A DNA stretch of 64,000 nt, from contig JAYUOV010000001.1 of NCBI GenBank assembly GCA_043760535.1, positions 1,221-65,220 on the forward strand, given 5' to 3'. Position numbers and translations under genes: made by a program. The notes under the pieces are model-generated. The model had not been told where the DNA came from, did not search any database, and saw nothing but the letters and a program-made list of their open reading frames with translations. The stretch's first letter is position 1, and every line of letters starts with the position of its first letter. The DNA is from Chitinophagaceae bacterium (GTDB taxonomy: Bacteria; Bacteroidota; Bacteroidia; Chitinophagales; Chitinophagaceae). Positions 1 to 9,065 of the stretch are shown here, piece by piece.

Positions 1-1008
1 GGCGGCGGCTTCTAATACGGCTGTAATCTGCGGTACACCTGCACCTGCCACTATGCGGGTGGTGCAAATAGAACCGGGGCCAATGCCTACTTTAACACAG
101 TCGGCACCAGCATCGGCAAGGGCTTTGGCACCGGCGGCAGTGCCTACATTGCCAGCTATTATCTGTAAATTTTTAAAGGATTTGCGCAGCTTTTTTACCG
201 ACTCTATTACACCACGGCTATGGCCATGGGCACTGTCGAGGGTAACGATATCTACACCTATTTTTAGAAGGGCATCGGCACGGTCTAGCATATCATTTGT
301 TATGCCAAGGGCGGCACCTACCAGCAGGCGGCCAAAAGAATCTTTAACGGCGTTGGGCTGGCTTTGCAGCTTTTGAATATCGCGGTAAGTGATAAGGCCA
401 ACTAGGGTTTGGTCTTTTTTTACCACAGGTAATTTTTCTACTTTATGCTGGCGGAGTATTTTAAAAGCACTGTTTAAAGTGGTGCCTTCGGGGGCGGTAA
501 CTAGGTTGGTACTGGTCATTACCTCACTCACTTTTCGCTTGCTGTTGCCTTCAAAACGGAGGTCGCGGTTGGTGAGAATGCCTACCAGTTTTTTTGTGGC
601 ATCTACAATAGGGATACCACCGATTTTGTTTTCCTTCATCAGCTTTAAAGCGTCGCCAATGGTTGAGTCTATATTGAGTGTTATGGGGTCTATAATCATG
701 CCGCTTTCGCTGCGCTTTACTTTGCGCACCTGCTCCACCTGCTGCTCAATGCTCATGTTTTTATGAAGGATGCCGATGCCGCCTTCACGGGCTAGGGCTA
801 TGGCTAGTTGCCACTCGGTAACCGTATCCATTGCTGCACTGAGCATGGGCAGGTTTAGCGATATGGATTTTGTAAGTTGGGTTTTAATATCCACTTCCCG
901 GGGCAGTACTTCGCTGTAGGCCGGTAGCAATAACACATCATCGAAGGTGAGTCCTTCGCCAAAAAATTTTTCCGTCTTAGTAGTTGGGGGAGTTTTTCTT
1001 GTTGCCAT
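1..1008 (-). CDS. guaB: IMP dehydrogenase, N-terminal ~335 codons (3' end runs off the window)
   Basis: Reverse translation from the ATG at 1006-1008 reads [36 protein letters not shown]. Near position 60-120 it reads [19 protein letters not shown], the IMPDH catalytic-loop region. No stop occurs before position 1. It is absent from the ORF track only because it is open at the window edge. Confidence 0.9.
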   Translation of the reverse strand, partial: MATRKTPPTTKTEKFFGEGLTFDDVLLLPAYSEVLPREVDIKTQLTKSISLNLPMLSAAMDTVTEWQLAIALAREGGIGILHKNMSIEQQVEQVRKVKRSESGMIIDPITLNIDSTIGDALKLMKENKIGGIPIVDATKKLVGILTNRDLRFEGNSKRKVSEVMTSTNLVTAPEGTTLNSAFKILRQHKVEKLPVVKKDQTLVGLITYRDIQKLQSQPNAVKDSFGRLLVGAALGITNDMLDRADALLKIGVDIVTLDSAHGHSRGVIESVKKLRKSFKNLQIIAGNVGTAAGAKALADAGADCVKVGIGPGSICTTRIVAGAGVPQITAVLEAAA

Positions 1009-1421
1009 AGGCGAAGATATAAGAAAATGCTACTTGCCCAAAAAACGGTTGGCAATGCAATATTAAATTTTGGTGGTTTTTTAATGTGGTTAATACAATA
1101 AAGGCTTTTGGCTGTTTTAGCACGGATTTTTTTGTGATGCCCAATTTTTTAAATTAAAAATTTTACCCTGAGAAATACAGCATACACACAACCTTCGCTT
1201 TTTCTGTGTTGATGTTTTTTAAAAAAAAAAATGAATCTGTTTTGAAAGGCCAACTGCTTAAATACCAACTAAAAAAATTATGGAAACCTAAAACGAAAAG
1301 CATCATACATCTAAACCGGCCGTTTTTGCAAAATGTTACAAGGTTATTTACTAATTAATTATTTATTGAATGAATGGCCATTGATTTATTAACCATTTTT
1401 TAAAAAGCAAAACCTACAACC

Positions 1422-2252
1422 ATGACATCAGATAATATTTTAAAAAGCGATTTACTCGATATTTTATTTGAGGGTAAAAACAAATTGTATGCTGCCTACG
1501 AACTCCGCCGGCATTATGTTAGCCGGATGAAAAAAGCCCTTGCAGGAACATTTACCTTAATAGCCCTGCTTGGCTTTACCATATTAATGACCGGTAAAAC
1601 CAACTACAATATGGCCCTGCACCAATCTGTATTAGACTCTGTAAGGCTTGTGCAACTTCCGCAGGAACCTAAGAAAACTGAGAAACCCAAACCACAAGAA
1701 CCTGTTAAGCCCAAAGTGGCCACTGCAAACCCAGCAGCACCCATCATTACCCCCGATAAATTATTGCCCGAAACAAAAATGCCCGACATAGCCCAAATAG
1801 ATACTTCGGCAATAAGCACAGCTATAAGATCTGGCGATGCAACAACTATTCAAACAGTAGTATACAGCGACCCGGTGCCAACCGGAGGCGGAACAGGCAC
1901 TAATATTGTAGCAGTAATTCCTTAAAAGCTAGTAGTGCCAGTAGAGATGGGCGATGTGGAATTGCTACCCGAATACCCCGGTGGTAAAGAAGCCATGGTT
2001 AGGTATATGGTAAATAACCTTATTAGCGAACTGGAACCTGGCGTAAAATATGTGGTTAGGGCTTTGTTCATCATAAACCAAGAAGGCCGTGTAAGTGATG
2101 CACAAATTTTGTATGGCGATGATGAAGCACTCAATAACCAAGTGCTAGAAGCTATAAAAAAAATGAAACAGTGGAAACCCGGTACGCAAAATGGCCATGC
2201 TGTTGCGGTAATATTTGTAATGCCGGTTACTTTCATGGGTGGCGAAGAATAA
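1422..2252 (+). pseudogene. TonB-family energy transducer interrupted by one in-frame TAA (1923-1925)
   Basis: ORF 1422-1925 has an N-terminal TM segment and a Pro/Lys/Glu-rich linker (PQEPKKTEKPKPQEPVKPK). ORF 1935-2252 is in the same frame and carries the TonB C-terminal domain (ELLPEYPGGKEAM...QWKPGTQNGHAVAV). Only the TAA separates them. Confidence 0.7.
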
Positions 2253-2288
2253 AATTTCCTAATTTGCCATTCCTCTTAAATAATTAGT

Positions 2289-2534
2289 ATGAACAATCAG
2301 TTAGACAAGCGGCAAAAAAACTATATCCTGATGCGATCTATCAGAGATTACGGCATGGGCGTATTATTTGTAAGTATTGGTGTATTGATATTTTTTTCCA
2401 AGCAATTATTTAACAAGGTTTTGCTGGATGACGACCCACTGATGCGATATATGGTGCTGTTTCTTTTTACCCTTTACGGCGGTTTTCGCATCTGGAGGGG
2501 ATATGCTAAACATTACTATAACAAAGATGAATAA
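2289..2534 (+). CDS. small membrane protein, unknown function
   Basis: 81-aa ORF with two hydrophobic segments. No family recognised. Confidence 0.45.
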   Translation: MNNQLDKRQKNYILMRSIRDYGMGVLFVSIGVLIFFSKQLFNKVLLDDDPLMRYMVLFLFTLYGGFRIWRGYAKHYYNKDE

Positions 2535-2565
2535 GCATTCAGCTTAAAACAAGATTAATATAAAT

Positions 2566-3534
2566 ATGTACGTTACAAAAATACTTATGTCTAAAAGCAT
2601 CAGCAACATAAAAAATCTTTCGTTAGCCATTATATCTGCTACCTTATTTGCTGGCTGTAATGATGTAGATAACAGTCGTTTTCCAAGATTTACAGATACG
2701 CCTAAAGAAGGAACCATCCATATTAGCGTGGATGAATCGTTTAAGCCCATCATCGATTCTCAGATACAGGTTTTTGAATCGCAGCACCCCTTGGCTCATG
2801 TAATAGCCGATTACAAATCGGAGGCAGAGTGTTTTAAAGACTTGGAAAAAGACAGTACCCGAATGATTATTGTTACCCGGGGCCTTACACAAAAAGAAGA
2901 CGATTATTACTCCAATAAATATTTAGTAAAATCAAAGTTTGGCAAACTTGCCTACGATGCCATAGCATTGGTACTTAATAATAAAAACAAAGACAGTTTA
3001 TTTACTGTATCCGATATTAAACTAATGCTGCAAGGCACAAGCCCTTATAAATACCAAGTGGTATTAGATGGCCTTAACGCTACCAGCACTGTACGTTATG
3101 CAATAGATTCTATTTTAAAAGGATCGCCGCTGGGTAAAAATGTACAGGCCGCAAAAAATAGCGAAGGCGTAATAGATTATGTGGCATCCAATCCACAATC
3201 TGTAGGGTTGGTAGGCATTAGCTGGTTGGGTAAAAAAGAAGACTCACAGCAATTAACATTTTCCGACAAGGTAAAAATAGCTGCCATGATGTCGCTGAAT
3301 TACGCCGATAGCCCATACGTGTATCCATATCAGGGCAATATAGCAATCGCTAAATACCCAATGATACGTTCTGTTTGGTACATACTAAAAGAAAACGGTA
3401 CAGGCCTTGGCAGCGGCTTTTTGAACTTTTTAACCAGCCCATCCAAAGGGCAGCTCATTTTTAAAAGAGCTTACCTATTACCAGCAAGGCTTAATTACGA
3501 TGTAAGAAAAATGAGTGTACAAGAAGAAAAATAA
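2566..3534 (+). CDS. PstS-like periplasmic substrate-binding lipoprotein (phosphate-binding protein fold)
   Basis: Lipoprotein-type signal (ATLFAGC). GTIHISVDESFKPIIDSQIQVFE and VGLVGISWLG are typical of Bacteroidota PstS-family proteins found next to TonB and TPR genes. The start could be the internal Met at 2587. Confidence 0.7.
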   Translation: MYVTKILMSKSISNIKNLSLAIISATLFAGCNDVDNSRFPRFTDTPKEGTIHISVDESFKPIIDSQIQVFESQHPLAHVIADYKSEAECFKDLEKDSTRMIIVTRGLTQKEDDYYSNKYLVKSKFGKLAYDAIALVLNNKNKDSLFTVSDIKLMLQGTSPYKYQVVLDGLNATSTVRYAIDSILKGSPLGKNVQAAKNSEGVIDYVASNPQSVGLVGISWLGKKEDSQQLTFSDKVKIAAMMSLNYADSPYVYPYQGNIAIAKYPMIRSVWYILKENGTGLGSGFLNFLTSPSKGQLIFKRAYLLPARLNYDVRKMSVQEEK

Positions 3535-3890
3535 GTGGCAGTTTAAACCGGACAGTACCGTTTTTTTATTAGCCTAACTACAGCAATATTATTAAACTAC
3601 GTAGGCGAATGTTTTAATTCTCGTAGTACGAAGGCACCCCATTCATTAAAATTACCAATGGATTCTTCCCTCTTTCCATTCAGTTCTTTCCAACCCATTT
3701 AAAAATAAAATTTATTGCCCCTTTGCTCCATTGGTGTGTTGAGAAAATTTTATAAAAACACCTTTTCAGAAAATAAAAAACTAACCTTTCGTTAAGATGT
3801 CGAAAATTTACACACTTACCCTATCTTCCCACTTCATTATTACGTCATAACAATTAAGTTCCATTTTACAAAACGTAACTAAAAAACAAC

Positions 3891-5675
3891 ATGAAAAGAA
3901 TTGCATTTGTGATGTTAAGCAGCGTAGCAGTATTGGTTGCTGGTGCACAGAGTGTAGCCGATGGTGTTAAAGCCATGTACTACGAAAAGTACAAAACGGC
4001 TAGGGCCATTTTAGAGAAACTGGTATCAGCTAATCCTGCCGATGTGGATGCCAATTACTGGCTGGGTCAGGTGAGCCTAAACCAGAGCGATATAGCAAAT
4101 GCAAGAGCAGTATATGCAAAAGCTATGGGTACAACCACTCAAAACCCTTTAATAGTTGTAGGCATGGGTCATGTGGAGTTAATGGAAGGAAAGTTAACCG
4201 ATGCCAGAGCCCATTTTGATGCGGCCCTTGCTGCTACCAACAATAAAAAAGGTGGCGACCCTAAAATACTTACAGCCGTAGGCCGTGCCAATACCGATGG
4301 AGACAGCAAAACAGGAGACCCTGTTTTTGGTATAGAAAAACTGGCTACTGCAGCCAAGCTTGATTTAAAAGATCCTGATATTTATGTGCTGATGGGTATT
4401 AGTCAGCTAAAAAAGGGCGGGGAGTTTGGTGGCGAATCTAAAAAAGCTTACGAAGAAGCATTGGTACGTGACCCCAAATATGCAAAGGCTAAATTGCGTA
4501 TTGCCCGTATTTTTTTAAGCCAAAATAACAAAGAATTATTTCTGCCATTAATGGAAGAAGCTACACAGCTAGACCCTGCTTATGGCCCCGCATGGTTGGC
4601 TCTATATGCTTATTATGCGGAGCGGGATGTAAATAAGGCAAAAGAGTATATAGAAAAATACATAGCAGTAGCAGATAAGGATTGTGAAACAGATTTTTTT
4701 TATGCAGACTACCTATTAAGAGCTGGCAAAAGAGACCAAGCATTGGCCAAAGCCAAAGAAATGGAAGGTTTTTGCGGTGGGCAAAATTATCCTAAACTAG
4801 ACAAGCTTTATGCCATTATTTACGACCGCATGGGCGATTCGGTAAATGCTTTGGCATCTATGTCTAAATTTATGGCAAAAGAAAAAGAAGAAAAACTTAC
4901 CGCAACAGACCATGTTACACTAGCCACATTATTAGCTAAATTTTCTGGAAAAGAAACAGAGATAGAGCTCAATATGACGAAGGCGATAGCAAAGGATACG
5001 AGTACAGTTAAAAGAATAGAAGTGGCTAATATAATGGCCGAAACCTATGGTAAATCAAGCAACTTTAGCGGTCAGGCAAAATGGTTGGGTATAGCTGCTG
5101 CTATGAAACAAAAAGTAACCGCAACAGAATATTACTATTGGGGCGATGCCAATACAAAATATGCAAAAAGTATTGCCACATCTGATAGTATTTCACGAAA
5201 TGCAGCATTTGCAAAGTCAGATTCCATCTATGGTGCGTATATCGCTAATTATGCCGATCAGCCACAAGGATATGCTTTTAGAGCTATTGCTGCTAAACTT
5301 GCCGATTATGATACCTCCCGGGGAACTGCAATAACAGCAATAGATTCCTACACAAGTTTTTTAATGAAGGATACTCTTAAAAACAAGAGTACAATTATTC
5401 GTAACTATTATTACGAAATTCCATACTTCGCTAATAAAGTAAAAGATTTTCAGAAGGCATTGGATGCAGCAAACGCCATTTTAGTACTCGAACCAACAAA
5501 TGCATACGCATTGGGTGTAAAAGAAGCATCTACACAACAGTTGCAAAGGCCCAAAACACCAGTTGTAGCTCCCGTAAAAACCCCTGCAACACCCCCGGCT
5601 AAAACCCCGGCCAAAACACCTCCGGTAAAAAATAAAACAGCTAATACACCACCCCAAAAAACAAAAACGGTTTAG
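3891..5675 (+). CDS. secreted tetratricopeptide-repeat protein with Pro/Thr/Lys-rich C-terminal tail
   Basis: Signal peptide, repeated A/Y/L TPR-like helices, and a C-terminal PVVAPVKTPATPPAKTPAKTPPVKNK low-complexity tail. Confidence 0.75.
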   Translation: MKRIAFVMLSSVAVLVAGAQSVADGVKAMYYEKYKTARAILEKLVSANPADVDANYWLGQVSLNQSDIANARAVYAKAMGTTTQNPLIVVGMGHVELMEGKLTDARAHFDAALAATNNKKGGDPKILTAVGRANTDGDSKTGDPVFGIEKLATAAKLDLKDPDIYVLMGISQLKKGGEFGGESKKAYEEALVRDPKYAKAKLRIARIFLSQNNKELFLPLMEEATQLDPAYGPAWLALYAYYAERDVNKAKEYIEKYIAVADKDCETDFFYADYLLRAGKRDQALAKAKEMEGFCGGQNYPKLDKLYAIIYDRMGDSVNALASMSKFMAKEKEEKLTATDHVTLATLLAKFSGKETEIELNMTKAIAKDTSTVKRIEVANIMAETYGKSSNFSGQAKWLGIAAAMKQKVTATEYYYWGDANTKYAKSIATSDSISRNAAFAKSDSIYGAYIANYADQPQGYAFRAIAAKLADYDTSRGTAITAIDSYTSFLMKDTLKNKSTIIRNYYYEIPYFANKVKDFQKALDAANAILVLEPTNAYALGVKEASTQQLQRPKTPVVAPVKTPATPPAKTPAKTPPVKNKTANTPPQKTKTV

Positions 5676-5695
5676 TACTTCGTAAAAAACTCCTA

Positions 5696-5734
5696 TCCCC
5701 TTTTGAAAATTTGCTCAAAAGGGGATTTTTATTT
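5696..5734 (+). terminator. Rho-independent terminator after the TPR gene
   Basis: 11-bp stem TCCCCTTTTGA / TCAAAAGGGGA followed by a TTTTTATTTT run. Confidence 0.6.
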
Positions 5735-5807
5735 TACAAAAAACGCTAACGAAAAAAGGAATTTGATTCCGTGGGCTTATTTTTGTCAAATCCCAAATTA
5801 TTACATC

Positions 5808-6197
5808 ATGTTTCATATCCTTTTAGATGTACCCGGTTCACCATCGCAATACCTGCCTGTTGGCATACAGCTATTATTTGCATTGGGCTTGGTAGCTACT
5901 ATTATTGGCGTCTCTCATTTTTTAGGTCCTAAAAGAAATACAGCCGATAAGCTCGAAAACTTTGAAAGCGGTATAGAACAGATAGGCAATGCACGCCAGC
6001 CAATGGCAGTAAAATACTTTTTAGTAGCTATTTTGTTTGTACTGTTCGATGTGGAAGTGATATTCTTTTACCCGTACGCAGTAAACTTTAGAGAATTAGG
6101 CTGGAGTGGTTTTGGAGCCGTACTCATGTTTGTTGGTTTCTTTTTGGTAGGTTTTTATTACATTATAAAAAAAGGTGCCTTAAAATGGGAAGACTAG
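5808..6197 (+). CDS. nuoA: NADH-quinone oxidoreductase subunit A
   Basis: KLENFESGIEQIGNARQPMAVKYFLVAILFVLFDVEVIFFYPYA is the NuoA/ND3 signature. The start is set at the internal ATG 5808 because the track's upstream extension overlaps the terminator hairpin. Confidence 0.9.
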   Translation: MFHILLDVPGSPSQYLPVGIQLLFALGLVATIIGVSHFLGPKRNTADKLENFESGIEQIGNARQPMAVKYFLVAILFVLFDVEVIFFYPYAVNFRELGWSGFGAVLMFVGFFLVGFYYIIKKGALKWED

Positions 6198-6200
6198 AGC

Positions 6201-6370
6201 CATTTGCGATTTACGGTTTCGGATTTGCGATTTCTGTAAGTCGGCTAACATTTTGTTGAAAAGGGTGTTGTATTGTTGGTTTGAAATATTAGAGCATATA
6301 GTGTCGGTGTTCATTAGTGCTAATAGTGTCAAAAAAAATCGTAAATCGTAATTCATAAATCGTCAATTTT
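6201..6370. repeat. nuoA|nuoB spacer bracketed by inverted word arrays (GCGATTTACGG.. / ..AAATCGTAAATCG)
   Basis: 6201-6236 (CATTTGCGATTTACGGTTTCGGATTTGCGATTTCTG) and 6336-6370 (AAATCGTAAATCGTAATTCATAAATCGTCAATTTT) are imperfect reverse complements, about 22 of 27 positions pairable including G-U. Confidence 0.6.
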
Positions 6371-6949
6371 ATGTCTGATATATATACTGGCCGGCCTGTT
6401 CGGTTTAATAATAAAGTAAAAGAAGTAGAAATGCCAGAAGGCATTAATGGTGAAGGCTTTTTTGTAACTAAACTAAGCGAAGTAGTAGGTCTTGGCCGTA
6501 AAAACTCTCTTTGGCCATTACCATTTGCCACCAGCTGCTGCGGTATAGAATTTATGGCCACCATGGGCAGCCATTACGATTTAGCTCGTTTTGGCGCCGA
6601 ACGTGTAGGTTTTAGCCCCCGCCAATGCGATTTATTAATGGTAATGGGTACCATTAGCAAAAAAATGGGCCCTGTTTTACGCAAGGTATATTTACAAATG
6701 GCCGAGCCCCGCTGGGTACTTAGCGTAGGAGCCTGTGCCTGCAGCGGTGGTATTTTCGATACCTATTCTGTATTGCAAGGCATAGATCAGGTAATACCGG
6801 TAGATGTATATGTGCCAGGATGCCCACCACGGCCCGAGGCCATACTAGACGGCTTTATGAAAATACAGGATATGGTAGGGCAAGAGAGTGTACGCCGCCG
6901 GGGCGACGAAAAGTACAAAGCATTGTTGGGAGAATACGGCATACAGTAA
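6371..6949 (+). CDS. nuoB: NADH-quinone oxidoreductase subunit B
   Basis: SLWPLPFATSCCGIEFMA, GACACSGG and VPGCPPRPEA are the N2-cluster cysteine motifs of NuoB. Confidence 0.95.
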   Translation: MSDIYTGRPVRFNNKVKEVEMPEGINGEGFFVTKLSEVVGLGRKNSLWPLPFATSCCGIEFMATMGSHYDLARFGAERVGFSPRQCDLLMVMGTISKKMGPVLRKVYLQMAEPRWVLSVGACACSGGIFDTYSVLQGIDQVIPVDVYVPGCPPRPEAILDGFMKIQDMVGQESVRRRGDEKYKALLGEYGIQ

Positions 6950-6962
6950 TAACATAAGCTAC

Positions 6963-7631
6963 ATGTTTCAACTTACAATCGATCATATACGCATCAATGA
7001 ATTAAAGCATGCACCTAATTTACCGCAGGTGGTAGATGAATTGTTATATTTTTTAGAGGAGGAACGAAAGAAAAGAAACCTATTTTTAGAAACATTGAAT
7101 GACGATGTTAAAGCTGAGTTTATAGGAGGAGAAATAATTCTTAACTCACCAGTAAAAAGAAAGCATTATTTGGTTGTAAAGTGGTTATCTAAATTAATGG
7201 ATACTTATGCCTCTGTAAAAAAAATTGGAGAGGTAGCTACAGAAAAGGTATTAATCCATTTAACCAGAAACGATTTCGAACCAGATATTGTTTTTTTTGA
7301 TAACCATAAAGCAGCGCAATTTCATAACAATACCATGTTACACCCAGCCCCGGGATTGGTAGTTGAGGTGTTAAGCGATAGCACAAAACTACGGGACAGA
7401 GGCATTAAATTTGAAGATTATGCCTACCATCAAATAGCAGAGTATTGGATTATTGATGCAGATACGGAAATGATAGAGCAGTATTTTTTGAATGATAAAA
7501 GCCAATACGAATTATTTTTAAAAACGAATTCGGGTAAAATAATTTCAAAAGTGATTGGTGGTTTTGAAATAGATGTGAAGGCTATTTTTTCGGCAGAAGA
7601 AAATTTAAAAGCACTAAGAAATATATTATAG
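6963..7631 (+). CDS. Uma2-family (DUF820) PD-(D/E)xK putative endonuclease, copy 1
   Basis: AEFIGGEIILNSP, EPDIVFF, VVEVLSDST and AEYWIIDAD match the Uma2 pattern. The gene starts 13 bp after the nuoB stop and ends 2 bp before the nuoC start. The start is set at the internal ATG 6963 because the track ORF overlaps nuoB. Confidence 0.8.
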   Translation: MFQLTIDHIRINELKHAPNLPQVVDELLYFLEEERKKRNLFLETLNDDVKAEFIGGEIILNSPVKRKHYLVVKWLSKLMDTYASVKKIGEVATEKVLIHLTRNDFEPDIVFFDNHKAAQFHNNTMLHPAPGLVVEVLSDSTKLRDRGIKFEDYAYHQIAEYWIIDADTEMIEQYFLNDKSQYELFLKTNSGKIISKVIGGFEIDVKAIFSAEENLKALRNIL

Positions 7632-7633
7632 CA

Positions 7634-8152
7634 ATGTCTTTAACAAACGAAATAGTACAAACACGCCTTACAGAAAAGTTCGGAGAACAGCTTACAGGTT
7701 GGGAAGCACAATATGGTTTACTCAGTTTTAGGGCTACTACCGACCTGAATCTGAAAGTATTACAGTTTTTGTACGATGATGAGGAACTTAAATTCAATTT
7801 TTTAACAGACATCTGTGCTGTTCATTATCCTGACAGAAAAGGAGAGGAGCTGGCGGTAATTTATCATTTACACAATATGGCAGCAGGCATCAGGCTGCGG
7901 ATGAAAGTATTTGTGCCAATAGAAAAGCCAGATGTATTTACCGCTACCAAACTGTACGAAGCCGCCAATTTTATGGAACGGGAAACCTACGATTTCTATG
8001 GTATTAATTTCGTTGGCCATCCTAACCTGATACGGATTTTAAATGTGGATGAAATGGATTATTTTCCATTGAGAAAAGAATTTCCGCTGGAAGACCAAAC
8101 AAGGGTGGATAAAGATGATGAGATGTTTGGACGGGGTGGGAGTTATAATTAA
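7634..8152 (+). CDS. nuoC: NADH-quinone oxidoreductase subunit C
   Basis: AANFMERETYDFYGINFVGHPNLIRIL is the NuoC / 30-kDa subunit signature. Confidence 0.95.
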   Translation: MSLTNEIVQTRLTEKFGEQLTGWEAQYGLLSFRATTDLNLKVLQFLYDDEELKFNFLTDICAVHYPDRKGEELAVIYHLHNMAAGIRLRMKVFVPIEKPDVFTATKLYEAANFMERETYDFYGINFVGHPNLIRILNVDEMDYFPLRKEFPLEDQTRVDKDDEMFGRGGSYN

Positions 8153-8170
8153 TAATTAATTTTTTGAGGA

Positions 8171-8353
8171 ATGAAATACAAATCAATCGTTTTAACATCA
8201 GTATTATTTTTTTCGATTTTAATGGTAAATTTTACCGAGGGTTTTGCAGCAGATTTTTGTAGAGGCGTTTCTTTTATAATTGCTGCTTTTTTGTTTGCTG
8301 ATGCCATTAAAAATTTTATAAACAAAAATCGGAATGGTTTATCAAAAGTTTAA
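8171..8353 (+). CDS. 60-aa two-TM ORF, unknown function
   Basis: Hydrophobic ORF filling the space between nuoC and the second Uma2 gene. No other support. Confidence 0.3.
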   Translation: MKYKSIVLTSVLFFSILMVNFTEGFAADFCRGVSFIIAAFLFADAIKNFINKNRNGLSKV

Positions 8354-8359
8354 ATCAAA

Positions 8360-9019
8360 ATGAAAAGCATTTTAGAACCCATACTACATTCTCCACTGCT
8401 GCCAGATTATGTGGCACAGTTAACCAATTTTTTACAATTGGAGAATGAAAAAAGATTGGCTTTCTACGAATGGCTTGATGAAGACATTAGGGCAGAATTT
8501 ATTGAAGGGGAGGTAATTATACATTCTCCACCAAGGGATATTCATATTATGGTCCTTGACAATATGGGTGAGCAGGTTAAGGCATTTGTTGTTAAAAACG
8601 ATTTAGGAATAGTACGAAGGGAGCAAGCTTTAGTAAGATTGAAAAGGAGTGATGTAATGCCAGACTTGTTATTTTTTGGAAGTAAAATCGCTGTAAAAAT
8701 TATTTCTAACACCAAAATTTATCCAATCCCGGAGTTCGTAGTAGAAGTACTAAGCCCATCTACAGAAAAAAACGACCGGAAAAGGAAATTTCTAGAATAT
8801 GCCATCAATGGAGTAAAAGAATATTGGATTGTAGATGCAGATAAAAAAACAGTGGAGCAATATATTCTCATTGGCCAATCATATAGATTAAAAGGCGCTT
8901 TCGATACAGACCAAGCCATAGAATGCATAGTTTTAAAAGGATTGTATGTTGAAGTGTCATCCATTTTTAACGAAAAAGAAAGTCAGCAAGCCGTATTAAA
9001 AATACTAACTGCTTCATAA
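8360..9019 (+). CDS. Uma2-family (DUF820) putative endonuclease, copy 2
   Basis: AEFIEGEVIIHSP, MPDLLFF, VVEVLSPST and KEYWIVDAD. It aligns along its whole length with copy 1. Confidence 0.8.
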   Translation: MKSILEPILHSPLLPDYVAQLTNFLQLENEKRLAFYEWLDEDIRAEFIEGEVIIHSPPRDIHIMVLDNMGEQVKAFVVKNDLGIVRREQALVRLKRSDVMPDLLFFGSKIAVKIISNTKIYPIPEFVVEVLSPSTEKNDRKRKFLEYAINGVKEYWIVDADKKTVEQYILIGQSYRLKGAFDTDQAIECIVLKGLYVEVSSIFNEKESQQAVLKILTAS

Positions 9020-9065
9020 AATATTTACAAAAAAACTACAGGACTACCTGTGTTACCATATACAA

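Noticed and set aside
53-766. Plus-strand ORFs 53-376 and 389-766 (107 and 125 aa)
   Set aside because: They are antisense shadows of guaB, whose minus-strand translation is an unmistakable IMP dehydrogenase. The plus-strand products are low-complexity Ala/Pro/Ser/Leu strings.
5703-5807. N-terminal 35-codon extension of nuoA in the ORF track
   Set aside because: The extension overlaps the upstream terminator hairpin. Its residues (MKICSKGDFYFTKN...) are unlike NuoA, and a canonical NuoA begins at the ATG at 5808.
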